Of a stretch of DNA of 64,000 bases, positions 63,723 through 64,000 are shown piece by piece. Numbering within the stretch: the first letter of the stretch is position 1; each line of letters begins with the position of its first letter. The stretch comes from Octopus sinensis (Eukaryota): NCBI RefSeq assembly GCF_006345805.1, contig NC_043003.1, positions 40,176,001-40,240,000 of the forward strand, in the 5' to 3' direction. A program made the position numbers and the translations under genes. Under the pieces are notes generated by a model. It was given only the letters and a program-made list of their open reading frames with translations, searched no databases and was not told the origin of the DNA.

Positions 63723-64000
63723 GGAAGAGAGGGAAAGAGAAATTAATGAAAGACAGCAGAGTTCTACATTCTCTAAGTTAAAAAAAATATTGGCAGACAT
63801 TATCTCATTAATTTCCCTCCATTCCATATTTCCCCAGAAGAACTGTGTCCAAGACGTTAGATTTTCCACTCCTCACATCAAGGTCACTGTACTCATTGCA
63901 TCAGTTTTACGATATACATACATACAAACATACATACTCACATACATCCATGCTTACATACATATATACATATGTTTACACATATACATATATACACTCG

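Overview
AT-rich, microsatellite- and SINE-dense animal genomic DNA. The repeat landscape looks like an octopod (Octopus-like) genome, which is an inference from repeat style rather than a database hit. There are two protein-coding genes arranged head-to-head. One is the first coding exon of eIF3b (3231-3375, minus strand; the rest lies left of the window). The other is a complete 5-exon mitochondrial thiamine-pyrophosphate carrier, SLC25A19/TPC1 (12882-23269, plus strand, 318 aa). The remainder is non-genic. It holds four sequence-identical tRNA-Gly(GCC) genes arranged ++/-- inside duplicated blocks, plus CR1, RTE, Tx1-like and RLE-type LINE remnants, mariner, maT, Tc1 and hAT DNA transposons, Helitrons, several SINE families and minisatellites. 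The most unusual items are: (1) a 2.06-kb ORF1-only (Gag-knuckle, no RT) retroelement inserted with a TSD into a SINE head; (2) the tRNA-Gly quartet, whose flanks show a mosaic similarity pattern suggesting arm-to-arm conversion; (3) a 1.43-kb GGATC-ended TIR element with an 8-bp TSD and a ~720-bp internal palindrome. Most ORFs in the supplied track are microsatellite or TE artefacts. Gene, tRNA and TSD-defined coordinates were read base by base; other repeat boundaries are approximate.
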